IMG/VR virus record: IMGVR_UViG_3300045988_135716
Coordinates: 96,001 to 160,000 of that record
DNA length: 64,000 nucleotides
Strand: one strand, 5' to 3'
DNA from: a virus
The notes under the pieces are model-generated. The model was not told the origin of the DNA and did not search any database. It was given only the letters and a program-made list of their open reading frames with translations. The translations under genes were made by a program, and so were the position numbers. Shown piece by piece: positions 53,768 through 63,923 of the stretch. Position 1 is the first letter of the stretch. Each line of letters begins with the position of its first letter.

Positions 53768-55585
53768 TTATTCATTTATACTTCCAGATCCTAGCTTATA
53801 AATATATTTGTTACGCACATCATCATATAGACATAAAACACCATCATCTTTTTTAACTGGAATAAGATGAGATATTAATACATCCCCTGAGTAAATTTTT
53901 GCATAGTAAATCTTACCTTTTAGTCCAGTTCCAGCGTTAGTTCCGTTCTTTGACATATTTCCAATATAAAGTGGACTTGTAAGAGAAAATGAATCAATAG
54001 AGTCTGTATCTACAGAAGAACTTCCGAAATTAAATGTTGCGCCATTTTGTTTAATTGTCCAATTACCACCCCAAAATGCAGAGGGTTTAGCTGCACTGTC
54101 TATTGTTCCTCTAATCGCATAAAAATTATCAGTGCAAGTATATCCATATTTATATTTATCATCTCTTGCACCGCATATATAAGTTGTTCCAGTGTTTACA
54201 TACAAACTTACTTCCGTATTAGTATTTTGATTAGGCAAAATTTCTGTATCGAAATAACAATTTCCATCTAAACTCAAACTTGCAATTTCTGTATGATTTT
54301 CTGTAATGGATTTTTTATTAATAGTAACAGAACATTGCGCTGTGTAATTGCCGTCAAGTGTTGTGACAGTAACAACCGAATGCCCAATTTCTTTTCCAAT
54401 TATTTTTCCGTTTTCCACAATAACATTTGAATTATTTACGCTCCATGTAACATTTTGATTTGTTGCGTAACTTGGGAGTACGGTGGCTACTAATTGTACG
54501 GATTCTCCGACTTCCAAGGTAATAGCGTTATGATTTAATGTAACTCCTGTAACTTTTACAAGATCTGGTATATCGGATGCTAATCCATAAGCAATTCCAA
54601 GGTTTTGAAGAGTTTTGTCAATTACAGGGCAATAATGGGTTCTATAGAATTGTTCATTTGGATGTACTCCATCACCTTTTTTACTGTTTGGATTATATGT
54701 ATATTTATTTTTGTTTAATTCAGTCATTGCTATTTGTGCATATTTACGCATATCAAGATACGGCATATTCCATTTTTCACAGATTTCAATCGCTTTTTCG
54801 TAAATCGAATTTAAGTATGAAGTATCCTTTTTGAAACTGTGCGGAATAATATACAATTTAACTGCTAAAGGATATTTGTCCATAATATATTGTAATGCTC
54901 TTTCCATTGCTCCACAGAATGTAGCCGTGTTATAAGAAGCATCATAATCCGACTCAATCGTTCCAATTGGGACACCCGTTGTATTATCATTTACTCCACC
55001 ATTAAAGATAATCGCATCTGCTTTCCCTGTATATGTTGTAATTTGAGTTACAATTGGTGTATGTGCGGGATTGCTTGTTACTGCCATGTTAGCCCCGGAC
55101 TCAGCCATATTCAGCCATGTTGAATCGGTGTATTTTTCTTTTAACGGTTCTGTAATGCCTGTTCCTTCTTCCCATCCCCATCCTGCCATAATGCTATCGC
55201 CTAATACTAATATTGTTTTTCCTTTATATGGATTAGCTGTTATAACAGTACTTTCATTAGCACCTCTTGGAATTCCTAAATTGAGAACAGGATTTTCTGG
55301 TGTTCCTGTAATTGACGCAGTAGCAGATTGTCCAGCATCTAACGTATTAACTCGACCTATTGTAAAATTTGGTGTTGTACCTGAATCTCCATCGTATAAC
55401 GTATATAAATTCATCCAACGTGAATCTGTGAGTTCTGTATTAGCAGATATATCAGTAGTAGCAATATATCCACTACTAATTTTGCCAATTTTATTAGTCA
55501 CAATATCTAATTTTGTATAATTTAAAGTTTTATTCCATTGACCTTTCGGAGTCATAAACACTTTTCCGAGATTGTTAACCGACAT
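53768..55585 (-). CDS. fibre/receptor-binding protein with SGNH (GDSL) esterase and Big_2 domains
   Basis: Contains LVLGDSIMAG, GGVND and GDGVHPN SGNH blocks, followed by VTGVTLN...VQLVATVLP...VTWS (Big_2). Confidence 0.7.
   Translation of the reverse strand: MSVNNLGKVFMTPKGQWNKTLNYTKLDIVTNKIGKISSGYIATTDISANTELTDSRWMNLYTLYDGDSGTTPNFTIGRVNTLDAGQSATASITGTPENPVLNLGIPRGANESTVITANPYKGKTILVLGDSIMAGWGWEEGTGITEPLKEKYTDSTWLNMAESGANMAVTSNPAHTPIVTQITTYTGKADAIIFNGGVNDNTTGVPIGTIESDYDASYNTATFCGAMERALQYIMDKYPLAVKLYIIPHSFKKDTSYLNSIYEKAIEICEKWNMPYLDMRKYAQIAMTELNKNKYTYNPNSKKGDGVHPNEQFYRTHYCPVIDKTLQNLGIAYGLASDIPDLVKVTGVTLNHNAITLEVGESVQLVATVLPSYATNQNVTWSVNNSNVIVENGKIIGKEIGHSVVTVTTLDGNYTAQCSVTINKKSITENHTEIASLSLDGNCYFDTEILPNQNTNTEVSLYVNTGTTYICGARDDKYKYGYTCTDNFYAIRGTIDSAAKPSAFWGGNWTIKQNGATFNFGSSSVDTDSIDSFSLTSPLYIGNMSKNGTNAGTGLKGKIYYAKIYSGDVLISHLIPVKKDDGVLCLYDDVRNKYIYKLGSGSINE
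55385..55585. repeat. approximately 200-bp direct repeat copy 2
   Basis: See 53547..53747. Confidence 0.7.
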
Positions 55586-56433
55586 TAATAATCCTCCTTA
55601 TATTGATATAAATAACCATTTTGTATATAGTAAGCAGATGAATACGTTTCTAACATACCAGTTTCGAAATTAATCCATATGTCTTCAGTTTCGTCTAAGG
55701 AGTCATCGTCTTCATCTAACTCAATCAACTCCATAACATTTCCATCCATATCTTGAAAACATTCAAAAGACATTGTAATTTCAGAAGGAGAACCATCTGA
55801 TGAAAATGCAAGATCTAATTCATATTTGGGGCAACATTTATATGCGGTTAAACGTAATGCTGATTCTTCACAATCTTCTGTTTTACTTGTGGTAATCATT
55901 TGAATAAAATAAGTAGAAAGATAATTTAAGTTACTAAAAGAAATTCGTTTTATCCCATTATTCTTTTTTTCTAAATATCCTACGAAATAAGTTTCATTGG
56001 TTTTAATATCTGTTAAATTTTTAGCCGTAAAAGTTTTCCCTATGATAGACCCTTCAATTTCTCTTCCTGTAAAATCATTGTTTGTATATACAAAAACTGT
56101 TCCCATAATCGGAGCGTATTTTAATTGTAATTTTCCATCTGTTGTAGCAGTAATACTTTCATTTCGTGTAAGTATTCCATCGGTTGATATACTTCCATTA
56201 TTTAAAAGAGAGTATATTTTAAAAGGATGAACTTGAAATGTTATACTAATATTTCCTTCTACGGGACTATCAAATCGAACATATCTTGCTCCATTTTTAT
56301 AAGTATAAATGGAATTAGAAGTAAAACCATATGTGTTTGTATTACAATAATCAACATACATTACAGGAGCTTTTGTATAATAATCTCGGATGTCTAAATC
56401 GCAGCACATACGATTTGCCATATTTTTGTCCAT
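55585..56433 (-). CDS. hypothetical structural protein
   Basis: Track ORF with overlap coupling. Confidence 0.55.
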   Translation of the reverse strand: MDKNMANRMCCDLDIRDYYTKAPVMYVDYCNTNTYGFTSNSIYTYKNGARYVRFDSPVEGNISITFQVHPFKIYSLLNNGSISTDGILTRNESITATTDGKLQLKYAPIMGTVFVYTNNDFTGREIEGSIIGKTFTAKNLTDIKTNETYFVGYLEKKNNGIKRISFSNLNYLSTYFIQMITTSKTEDCEESALRLTAYKCCPKYELDLAFSSDGSPSEITMSFECFQDMDGNVMELIELDEDDDSLDETEDIWINFETGMLETYSSAYYIQNGYLYQYKEDY

Positions 56434-56447
56434 GATTATTTACCTCA

Positions 56448-56852
56448 TTACTTTCCTGTGTCTGATATATCTTTTTCATTTTGTTTAATAATATCTCTCA
56501 ATGTTGGGAGTGCGTTATCAATCTGTTCATCAATCCATTTAACAAGTTCTTCTTGATTTACAACTTTTGCAAGAATAGGATATTCCTTATAAATCTCACT
56601 GATTACTTCACTACGCTTGATACTTCCTGCCTTTTCCCATTCAGCATAATCTTTCTCTGCTTGAGTAATCAGTTTTAAGATATTTTCGGAAATCTGTTTC
56701 TTGGCAATTTCAATTTTCTTGTCTGTGGAAAGTTTTGAATATGATTCAAATTTTTTCCATAAAGCTAAAGCCAAACCAATGATAACTAAGATAGTAGTCC
56801 AATTATCATTGATTAAAGATAAGAAGTTTTTGATACCATTTAAAATATCCAT
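56448..56852 (-). CDS. LL-H-family holin-like protein
   Basis: N-terminal TM WTTILVIIGLALALW followed by a soluble helical region resembling the remembered Holin_LLH layout. Confidence 0.45.
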   Translation of the reverse strand: MDILNGIKNFLSLINDNWTTILVIIGLALALWKKFESYSKLSTDKKIEIAKKQISENILKLITQAEKDYAEWEKAGSIKRSEVISEIYKEYPILAKVVNQEELVKWIDEQIDNALPTLRDIIKQNEKDISDTGK

Positions 56853-56875
56853 ACGAGTTCTCCTTGTATTATTTA

Positions 56876-57256
56876 TTATCCAACAGCTTCATCACTGTCG
56901 GTTTGTTCATCAACGGTGGAAGAGTAGTCTTCATTTAATGGCATTTCAAATTGACCACGTTTATGCTCGTTATCACTCATTTTGAAATAACCTAGCGCAG
57001 TAGGTATGAGAGTAGTAGCAACACCAATAAGCGCATACATAAAACTTGTGTCCTCAGTTTTTAATGCCATATATTCAGAGAAAAATAAAATCTCCAAACA
57101 GATCACAATGATTGTCCAGAGAACTTTTTTACTTGTACGTATTTTTTTGAATTTGAATCTACTCTTTTTCATCCGATGAAGTTTCCGTTTCATCGTAATA
57201 TTTTTATTACGTTCTTTTATTTTTGCTTCTTTCTGTTTATATTCTTGTTCTGTCAT
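56876..57256 (-). CDS. membrane protein (2 TM)
   Basis: Track ORF with hydrophobic segments VLWTIIVICLEILFF and YALIGVATTLIPTALGY. Confidence 0.5.
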   Translation of the reverse strand: MTEQEYKQKEAKIKERNKNITMKRKLHRMKKSRFKFKKIRTSKKVLWTIIVICLEILFFSEYMALKTEDTSFMYALIGVATTLIPTALGYFKMSDNEHKRGQFEMPLNEDYSSTVDEQTDSDEAVG

Positions 57257-57684
57257 TCTGTCTTATCCTCATCTGTTTTCCCAAAAATCTTAACCAATTT
57301 TAAAATTTCGCTTCCTGATAAAGTATCATATTTCCCATTAGAATCCTCATAATCAAAAATAGATTCTGGAACTTGATAAATTTTCACATCAACTTCAAGA
57401 CTGATAAGTTCTAAGATTTCATTGTTGTAGTCTTCGATATGATTCTCATCAACTGTAGGGATTCCTATTTTTGAAATGACGAGATTTCCGTCAGAATCTT
57501 TTAGTAAAAAATCTTTATATGATTCTATAATTTTGTTTAAAGATTTTTCATAAAATTGATTTTCTTTTTGAAAGCTATCAAGATTTTTCATAATTACGTA
57601 ATTTATTTTTTGTGGAAGTTTTCTTTCAGAGATTTTATCTAAGAATCTTACGATTTGTACAACTTCAATATTTCTATACTTCAT
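57253..57684 (-). CDS. hypothetical protein
   Basis: Track ORF with an AAGGAGAAG SD. Confidence 0.55.
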   Translation of the reverse strand: MKYRNIEVVQIVRFLDKISERKLPQKINYVIMKNLDSFQKENQFYEKSLNKIIESYKDFLLKDSDGNLVISKIGIPTVDENHIEDYNNEILELISLEVDVKIYQVPESIFDYEDSNGKYDTLSGSEILKLVKIFGKTDEDKTE

Positions 57685-57707
57685 ATATTTTCTTCTCCTT
57701 AATTTTA

Positions 57708-57748
57708 TATATAATAAAACAGACTATAGATTACTCCATAGCCTGTTT
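57708..57748 (-). terminator. imperfect hairpin plus T tract overlapping the stop of the 1640-aa gene
   Basis: On the minus strand, AAACAGGCTATGGA-GTAA-TCTATAGTCTGTTT is followed by TATTATAT. Confidence 0.4.
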
Positions 57749-60700
57749 AAGAGTTTCTATTTCTTTTTTGAGGGATTCTATAACTGATAGAGCATCAGTA
57801 AGCTGTGATTCGAGAGAATCTATACGATGGTGGGCTTTTTGTGTCATATATGTGTTAAATGGTATAAATTCATTATACGATAAACCATATACATAACCAC
57901 CTTCATATGATTGAGACTCATCACAAGATACTATTGAGCAATTTGACGCATCAAGTCCAACTGTTTTTAATGATTCTTCTACTTCTTGTGCCACAAATCC
58001 AAAATGAATACCGCTATCTTCATCATGTAATACTTTATACTTCGTTGGCTTTAATGACATATACATATCATAAAAATCATCATTCAATATGCATTTATCA
58101 ATTTTGAATCGTCCATCCGATAATTGCTGCATACCATCTCTGGTAACAACTTTATACCAAGGATGCGTGTCTCCACCATTTCCACCTAAATATAATCTAT
58201 ACGTATCTCCGGCATTATTGGCTAATGTCGGACAAAATGCGTAATGATTGCTATTACTTCCTTCATAAAAATCTACGGAATATCTTGAATTATACCCAAT
58301 ATTAAAAGTAGATCCAGATAAGTATAGTCCATTTCCGGCATAATAATTGCTACCGCCACCACTACCATCTCTATATCCAACATTTCCACTACTATCAATA
58401 ACAAGATATCTGTTTGAAGATTTTGCGGGTATTCCAGAGAATCTAACTGTATCACCGTTTGCATACAGATTTTTAGTCCAAACTTGCATCCATTTATGAC
58501 TTCTTGTTCCAAGTTTAATTGCTTCATCGTAAGCTAATGTGCTATCGTTTACATCGCCTGGAATAAGACACAATCCACTATCTGCTGCAATTTGAAGTCT
58601 TATAGAAGCAGGAGTATCGTTCATTGTGGTAGTTATTTCGACATATGTTGTATCTTGAGTTGTGACACAATTTACAGATGAACGATTCTGCTGTCGAGAT
58701 GCAGTAACGTATTGTGAAGCAAGAATAGCTCTTCTAACAAATTTCGAGTTACTTGTTGTAAGATCTATATATTGTGTCCATGCTTTTCCGTCATGTCCCA
58801 TATATAAATCAGCATATCCCGCATTTGGATTCCATTCATATTCATTCGTATCACACCATATTACTTTTGAAGCTTTGCTCTTACCGTCGACATATATGTT
58901 ATAATTATCTTTTGCATATATAGAAGTTGCAGTAATGTCACCTGTAATATCAGCATCAGTAGCAGTTAATTTTCCACCAGTAGTAACTTGAAAAGAGCTA
59001 TTACAGCTTATTCCGTATTTGGGTGAAATATATACACCAGAACCGCCAAGTACATTCTGTCCCGACCAAAGAGAATAATTGTCAATATTAAATCCGCCGA
59101 TTTCACCAGAAGTCGAAACAATCTTTCCAGAAAACTCACCTTCCTTTGCAATGAGCTTACCTTCACTGGTAATTTGTGCGGAAATTGTGCCACTTTTATT
59201 TGAAATAAGAAGCTGGCCACCTTTGATATTTGGGGCAATTACCCATTGCTTATCAATATAAGTGCTTCCAAGAATATCATTTTTTATAGTATTAGCAGTG
59301 GTGTCGTCAGTGTACTTGTTCTGTTTCGTCCAATCATTAATACTAAATAAAGTTCCATCAGCTTTAGGATTTATACAAGTAAGAATTTCATTCCTATATT
59401 CATTTGGATGTTCTGCATCAATATATATACCATTTTCACCAACAAACCATAAATCCCCTTTATTATAAGGTGTTTTTGGAGTATCAGTAAATATCTGTGC
59501 CTTACCATTAATCTCATTCCAAACTGATTCTGGAACATCACCCGTAAAATCATCCCATGAAGAACCATTCCACATTTTCACGACATTATGTGTAGTGTCA
59601 TACCACAAATCATTTTCATGTGATTTCTTTTCTTCGTCAGTCCAATTTACAGATGGATCATCACTCTGTCTGAATGTATCAATCTTACCATCAATCTGTT
59701 CTTTGACAGTAACCATAAACTCATTCAAAGTATCTTTTACAACGACATTTTCTGTCCCTGTGACACTATCCCATGCGATAGAAGCATTTCCTGCTAATCT
59801 AATATTTCCATTATCATCAATATATAACTGTCTTTCATAAGTTATATTGCCTTCATCATCTGTAATTTCCTTACGAATTGTAAATACATTTTTGTTCATA
59901 GTATTGGTAGTTACAATGATTCCGTCTTTAGCCATTTCAATAGACTTTTCTTCATTGTAAATACCTACTTCACTTGTAAGAATTAAATTACTCACAAGAG
60001 TATCAGCGATAACACCATAAGATTCCTTATATGTTTTATCTTTTGGATCGTAATAAATAAAATTACCAATACCAGCTCTTGCAGTTTTCCAATTATCATC
60101 AGTGATATAAATTCCATGATTAATAATTTTTAACTGTGAATCTGTATAATCAGAAATAATATCATCATACTCACGACATAATAATCCATGCTCATCCCAT
60201 GTAATATCCTGGTTATCTGCATTACTAACGATTTTTGTATTTGTCATACTTAAACCTTTAGCAATCATTTCATTCATTTTATTCTTGAAATCAGTATTAA
60301 TAGTAGATTGTCTAACTACACCATTATATGATGTAGCCATCTTTGAAGCTACTTCTTCCAGCCGTTCATAATATGACATTCCATCTGGAAGTTTTATGAT
60401 ATCAGAAAATGTAACACTAATATTTTGAGTATCAGAGAAATCAATTTCATATTCGATAATTCTTAATTGATATACCTTATCGTCAATTCCAACACAAATC
60501 CAGTTACCATTTTTAAAGTTATTTGTCACAGGCTCAAATTCTTTCATTCGTAAGAAATTCTTAATTGTTCCCGTGATAGAATGTTGGAGAGTAGCAGACT
60601 TAAATAATTCTTTTGTGGCAACTGTAATAAACTCAATTGCATTTTTCATTAAATCTGTATTATTAAGTCCATCAGAAATGTAGTTATCATTAGAATATTT

Positions 60701-62653
60701 GTCCATACGGATAAATGAGCTAAATTCTTTGTATAAATCAATTCCAATGTAATTCTTAAAATTTAACGCATCTTGTACTTCTGTGATAATTCTTTCAATT
60801 TCAATCTGAACACCATCTTGCACAAGTTGATTCTGGTTGTTGTATTTTCCTTCAACAATATATACCTCATCTTCACGTATTTTAATCTCATCTTGAATTG
60901 CATTCATCTTATTATAATAAGGAATATATACATTCTCATACAGAACTTTTGTATTGATTCCATATATACTTGACGTACTGTTTGAAGAAATTCCTTGTTG
61001 TACCATCATATCAATACAAGACTGACAACACTTTTGGAATATTTGTAATGTATTTAAACAATATTTTTTCAACTGTGATTTAAAAACAGTCATATCTTGT
61101 TTGAATAATCCTACGATATCATAGTAATTTTCATCTGAACGAGCAAGAATAGAATCTATACGTTGTTTTACATATGATTCATAGTTTTCATTGATGCTAA
61201 TTGATACAAATTGAGAAGTGAATTTATCATCTTTATCAGCATAATTCTCTAAGTTAAACTTACCCTTCCATACATTATTAGACAATGTAGTGTTTGTAAC
61301 TGTAACTTTGAAAACACCTTTGACAATAGATTGTGCCAACATAACCATAATATTATCAGCAGTAGACACAGAAAGATTTTTAAGAGAAGTAGTAGAAGCA
61401 GAAGATGGGAGATTAGCCATCAAATATTCGCCTTGTGATTTTGCGTTATTATCTGGTTTATCGACTGGTGGCATTAACTTATTTCTTAAAAGTTGTACCA
61501 TATCAATTGTATCAAAATAAATACGCATCAACTTTGGATATCCAACAATAGGATTCTTAATCTCTGTATCTTTTAAATTTTCTTCATAAGTTTTATATTT
61601 ATTTACAAGGACATTATAACTTGTCACGAAAGAATCATTTATAATAAAATTATAATCAGATTGATACTTTTCATATAAAGCATCGTAAGACTTTAATTTT
61701 TCTTGTAATTCTGGTGACATTTCTTCTCTTGTTTCATCGGGGAAGTAGTAGATATAATCTGTCCCGTTAGGATTACATGAACGAATAGCAGCGGTCATTA
61801 AATCATCACCTGCTTCAAGTTTCATGCAGTTCTTTACAGAATCAGTATCAACAGAATATGTAATCTCATCAGCAAGATTATCCCTTGAGATAAATACATT
61901 TGTGTACTCTCCATATCCTAATATGATATTCGTGCTCCCACATTTCGGACATTTATGAACAAATGTATCTCTATTCCCACAATCTACACAATTTGCTTCC
62001 AAATCATATACAGAAATTGTTCTTTCTGGTTTTCCATTTTCATCAGAACCACATCCAAATATAAATAAACAATCAAGTTCTTCTGAAACTTCTTGGAGTG
62101 CATCATAAATAGATGTATCATCAAATGTAAAAGTTCTCTGTAAATTCATCAAACTTTTATCAATGTGCTTAACTTTATAATGCGGTGCTTTATCTGTAAG
62201 CAATCTATCCATCAATGAAGCTTCTGGATGATCTGGATTATAAAATGTTGTGGGTATTTTATAGTCTTCTCTAGCGATATCTGTTTCAGTATTAATCTCA
62301 ATTCCATATAACATAATTTGAGATAATTCGGCTTCGCCTAAAGTCTTACCAGAAATATTCTTAATATTTTCATCTTCTTCATTTACTTCTACGGTAATTT
62401 CATACCACATATCCCACTCAGGAATCCAAACTAATTTAAAATCTTTGATATCATTCCAACATTTAATGATGTTGTCATTCATTTTCTTATGTGCAGCAAA
62501 TGTAATATCTGACGCTTCTTTCATGGAATGTTTTGCAACAATATTATCCACGTTTACAATATTGCCAAGTTTATCTCCATTTTTCTTAGCGAGAACAAAA
62601 CTAATATCCTCTACGTTGCCAGAGGTGTCCATTCTTAATTTATGTACGTTCAT
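57731..62653 (-). CDS. 1640-aa tail-tip / receptor-binding protein with C-terminal S74 intramolecular-chaperone domain
   Basis: The C-terminus SDGRFKID...FGFVAQEVEE...YGLSYNEFIPFN matches the endosialidase chaperone domain. The gene sits directly downstream of Dit. Confidence 0.75.
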   Translation of the reverse strand: MNVHKLRMDTSGNVEDISFVLAKKNGDKLGNIVNVDNIVAKHSMKEASDITFAAHKKMNDNIIKCWNDIKDFKLVWIPEWDMWYEITVEVNEEDENIKNISGKTLGEAELSQIMLYGIEINTETDIAREDYKIPTTFYNPDHPEASLMDRLLTDKAPHYKVKHIDKSLMNLQRTFTFDDTSIYDALQEVSEELDCLFIFGCGSDENGKPERTISVYDLEANCVDCGNRDTFVHKCPKCGSTNIILGYGEYTNVFISRDNLADEITYSVDTDSVKNCMKLEAGDDLMTAAIRSCNPNGTDYIYYFPDETREEMSPELQEKLKSYDALYEKYQSDYNFIINDSFVTSYNVLVNKYKTYEENLKDTEIKNPIVGYPKLMRIYFDTIDMVQLLRNKLMPPVDKPDNNAKSQGEYLMANLPSSASTTSLKNLSVSTADNIMVMLAQSIVKGVFKVTVTNTTLSNNVWKGKFNLENYADKDDKFTSQFVSISINENYESYVKQRIDSILARSDENYYDIVGLFKQDMTVFKSQLKKYCLNTLQIFQKCCQSCIDMMVQQGISSNSTSSIYGINTKVLYENVYIPYYNKMNAIQDEIKIREDEVYIVEGKYNNQNQLVQDGVQIEIERIITEVQDALNFKNYIGIDLYKEFSSFIRMDKYSNDNYISDGLNNTDLMKNAIEFITVATKELFKSATLQHSITGTIKNFLRMKEFEPVTNNFKNGNWICVGIDDKVYQLRIIEYEIDFSDTQNISVTFSDIIKLPDGMSYYERLEEVASKMATSYNGVVRQSTINTDFKNKMNEMIAKGLSMTNTKIVSNADNQDITWDEHGLLCREYDDIISDYTDSQLKIINHGIYITDDNWKTARAGIGNFIYYDPKDKTYKESYGVIADTLVSNLILTSEVGIYNEEKSIEMAKDGIIVTTNTMNKNVFTIRKEITDDEGNITYERQLYIDDNGNIRLAGNASIAWDSVTGTENVVVKDTLNEFMVTVKEQIDGKIDTFRQSDDPSVNWTDEEKKSHENDLWYDTTHNVVKMWNGSSWDDFTGDVPESVWNEINGKAQIFTDTPKTPYNKGDLWFVGENGIYIDAEHPNEYRNEILTCINPKADGTLFSINDWTKQNKYTDDTTANTIKNDILGSTYIDKQWVIAPNIKGGQLLISNKSGTISAQITSEGKLIAKEGEFSGKIVSTSGEIGGFNIDNYSLWSGQNVLGGSGVYISPKYGISCNSSFQVTTGGKLTATDADITGDITATSIYAKDNYNIYVDGKSKASKVIWCDTNEYEWNPNAGYADLYMGHDGKAWTQYIDLTTSNSKFVRRAILASQYVTASRQQNRSSVNCVTTQDTTYVEITTTMNDTPASIRLQIAADSGLCLIPGDVNDSTLAYDEAIKLGTRSHKWMQVWTKNLYANGDTVRFSGIPAKSSNRYLVIDSSGNVGYRDGSGGGSNYYAGNGLYLSGSTFNIGYNSRYSVDFYEGSNSNHYAFCPTLANNAGDTYRLYLGGNGGDTHPWYKVVTRDGMQQLSDGRFKIDKCILNDDFYDMYMSLKPTKYKVLHDEDSGIHFGFVAQEVEESLKTVGLDASNCSIVSCDESQSYEGGYVYGLSYNEFIPFNTYMTQKAHHRIDSLESQLTDALSVIESLKKEIETLKQAME

Positions 62654-62655
62654 TC

Positions 62656-63465
62656 TTAAAGTCCAACTCCTTTCGCAACAGGATAGTATTTAATTGTAAT
62701 TTCACATGGGATATTTACAGAAATGATATTTTTATTATTTGTATAAGAGTTTGCAATTCTAAAGAATACAAAATTAAAATCATTATATAATTTATGAGAT
62801 GAGAGAGAAGTAGATATGTTTAAATTCTCATCAACAGAAATAACTTCATTTATAGAACAATTCTTAATTATAGTTGTACGATTTTCAACAGAATTTGTAA
62901 TTTTTAAATCCCCACTTAAAAGGCATTTAATCTGTATATCAGGATAAATATAGCCTATATCATCTGATTCATCTATGATAGTGAATTGTTCATTTGCCTT
63001 AAATGTATGTGTGATTGTTTTACAATCCTGTGTTGCAAATGGTTTACCCATAGTAAATGTCAATTCAAAGCCAATTACTTGTCCACAAAATTCAATTGTT
63101 TCAATATTAAAACTTCCTTTAAATAGCATAGTTTGATTTTCAGATGTAATTATTTTTAAAATGTGAAACCCATCGTTTCTATTAAGCCATCTATACACAA
63201 AACGTTGTTCATCAGTGGTGAAATATTTGTTTCCACGATTTAATTGCATATAAGGATCTTTACAAATTTGAAAAGTAAATTCACCTGCTTCGTCATATCC
63301 AGAATTAACTAGGATAAATTCTTTTCCATTTTTCATAGATGTTACGTCAAAATTTATCTTAGAACCATAATCCACTGTTTCATCATCACTTGAATCAAAT
63401 GAACAAACTACAATTCCTTTGCTTGAAGCTAAAGTTCCATCATATTCAAAATCTAATGCTTTCAT
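62656..63465 (-). CDS. distal tail protein (Dit)-like
   Basis: 269 aa. The call rests on its position before the tail-tip gene and its N-terminal pattern FEYDG..S...GI. Confidence 0.55.
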   Translation of the reverse strand: MKALDFEYDGTLASSKGIVVCSFDSSDDETVDYGSKINFDVTSMKNGKEFILVNSGYDEAGEFTFQICKDPYMQLNRGNKYFTTDEQRFVYRWLNRNDGFHILKIITSENQTMLFKGSFNIETIEFCGQVIGFELTFTMGKPFATQDCKTITHTFKANEQFTIIDESDDIGYIYPDIQIKCLLSGDLKITNSVENRTTIIKNCSINEVISVDENLNISTSLSSHKLYNDFNFVFFRIANSYTNNKNIISVNIPCEITIKYYPVAKGVGL

Positions 63466-63495
63466 ACTTCACCACCTTTACCATTTATTTTCTAT

Positions 63496-63816
63496 TTATC
63501 TAACAAGCCATCTGGCAAGTTTATATTTCCATGTATCGCCTTTATTAATTGCAAGTGTAATTTCTTTCATCAATTTTACATCTTGAATAAGTAATTCATA
63601 CTGTGTTTTAACTTTCACAGTTTCAATAAAAAGTTCATTCCACTGATGTTTGAGATCATTAAGATATTTTTTGTCCATATCGGATATTTGAACAGATTCA
63701 TTCTGTTCTATATCTTTTACTTTTTCTTGCAATTTTTGAATCTTATTTTGTTGTTGTTTTGCAATATCTTGTTTTATACTTTTATCAAGTAAATCTTGTA
63801 CAGTTTTATCTGACAT
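63496..63816 (-). CDS. coiled-coil hypothetical protein, first gene of the minus-strand operon
   Basis: Track ORF with an AGAGGGAA SD. Confidence 0.5.
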   Translation of the reverse strand: MSDKTVQDLLDKSIKQDIAKQQQNKIQKLQEKVKDIEQNESVQISDMDKKYLNDLKHQWNELFIETVKVKTQYELLIQDVKLMKEITLAINKGDTWKYKLARWLVR

Positions 63817-63840
63817 TTAATTCCCTCTTTCTATATAAAA

Positions 63841-63869
63841 AAGAGACTACCAATCATAGATAGTCTCTT
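63841..63869 (-). terminator. hairpin AAGAGACTA-11 nt-TAGTCTCTT with T tract on the minus strand
   Basis: 9-bp stem. On the minus strand it is followed by TTTT, 25 nt upstream of the 63816 start. Confidence 0.55.
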
Positions 63870-63894
63870 AATTGTAAAATTTGTCGAATTATAA

Positions 63895-63923
63895 TTGACA
63901 CAAATATATTCATTTTATATAAT
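63895..63923 (+). promoter_or_regulatory. perfect consensus sigma-70 promoter TTGACA-17-TATAAT firing rightward
   Basis: Read directly from the sequence. The downstream transcript is cut off by the window end. Confidence 0.7.
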
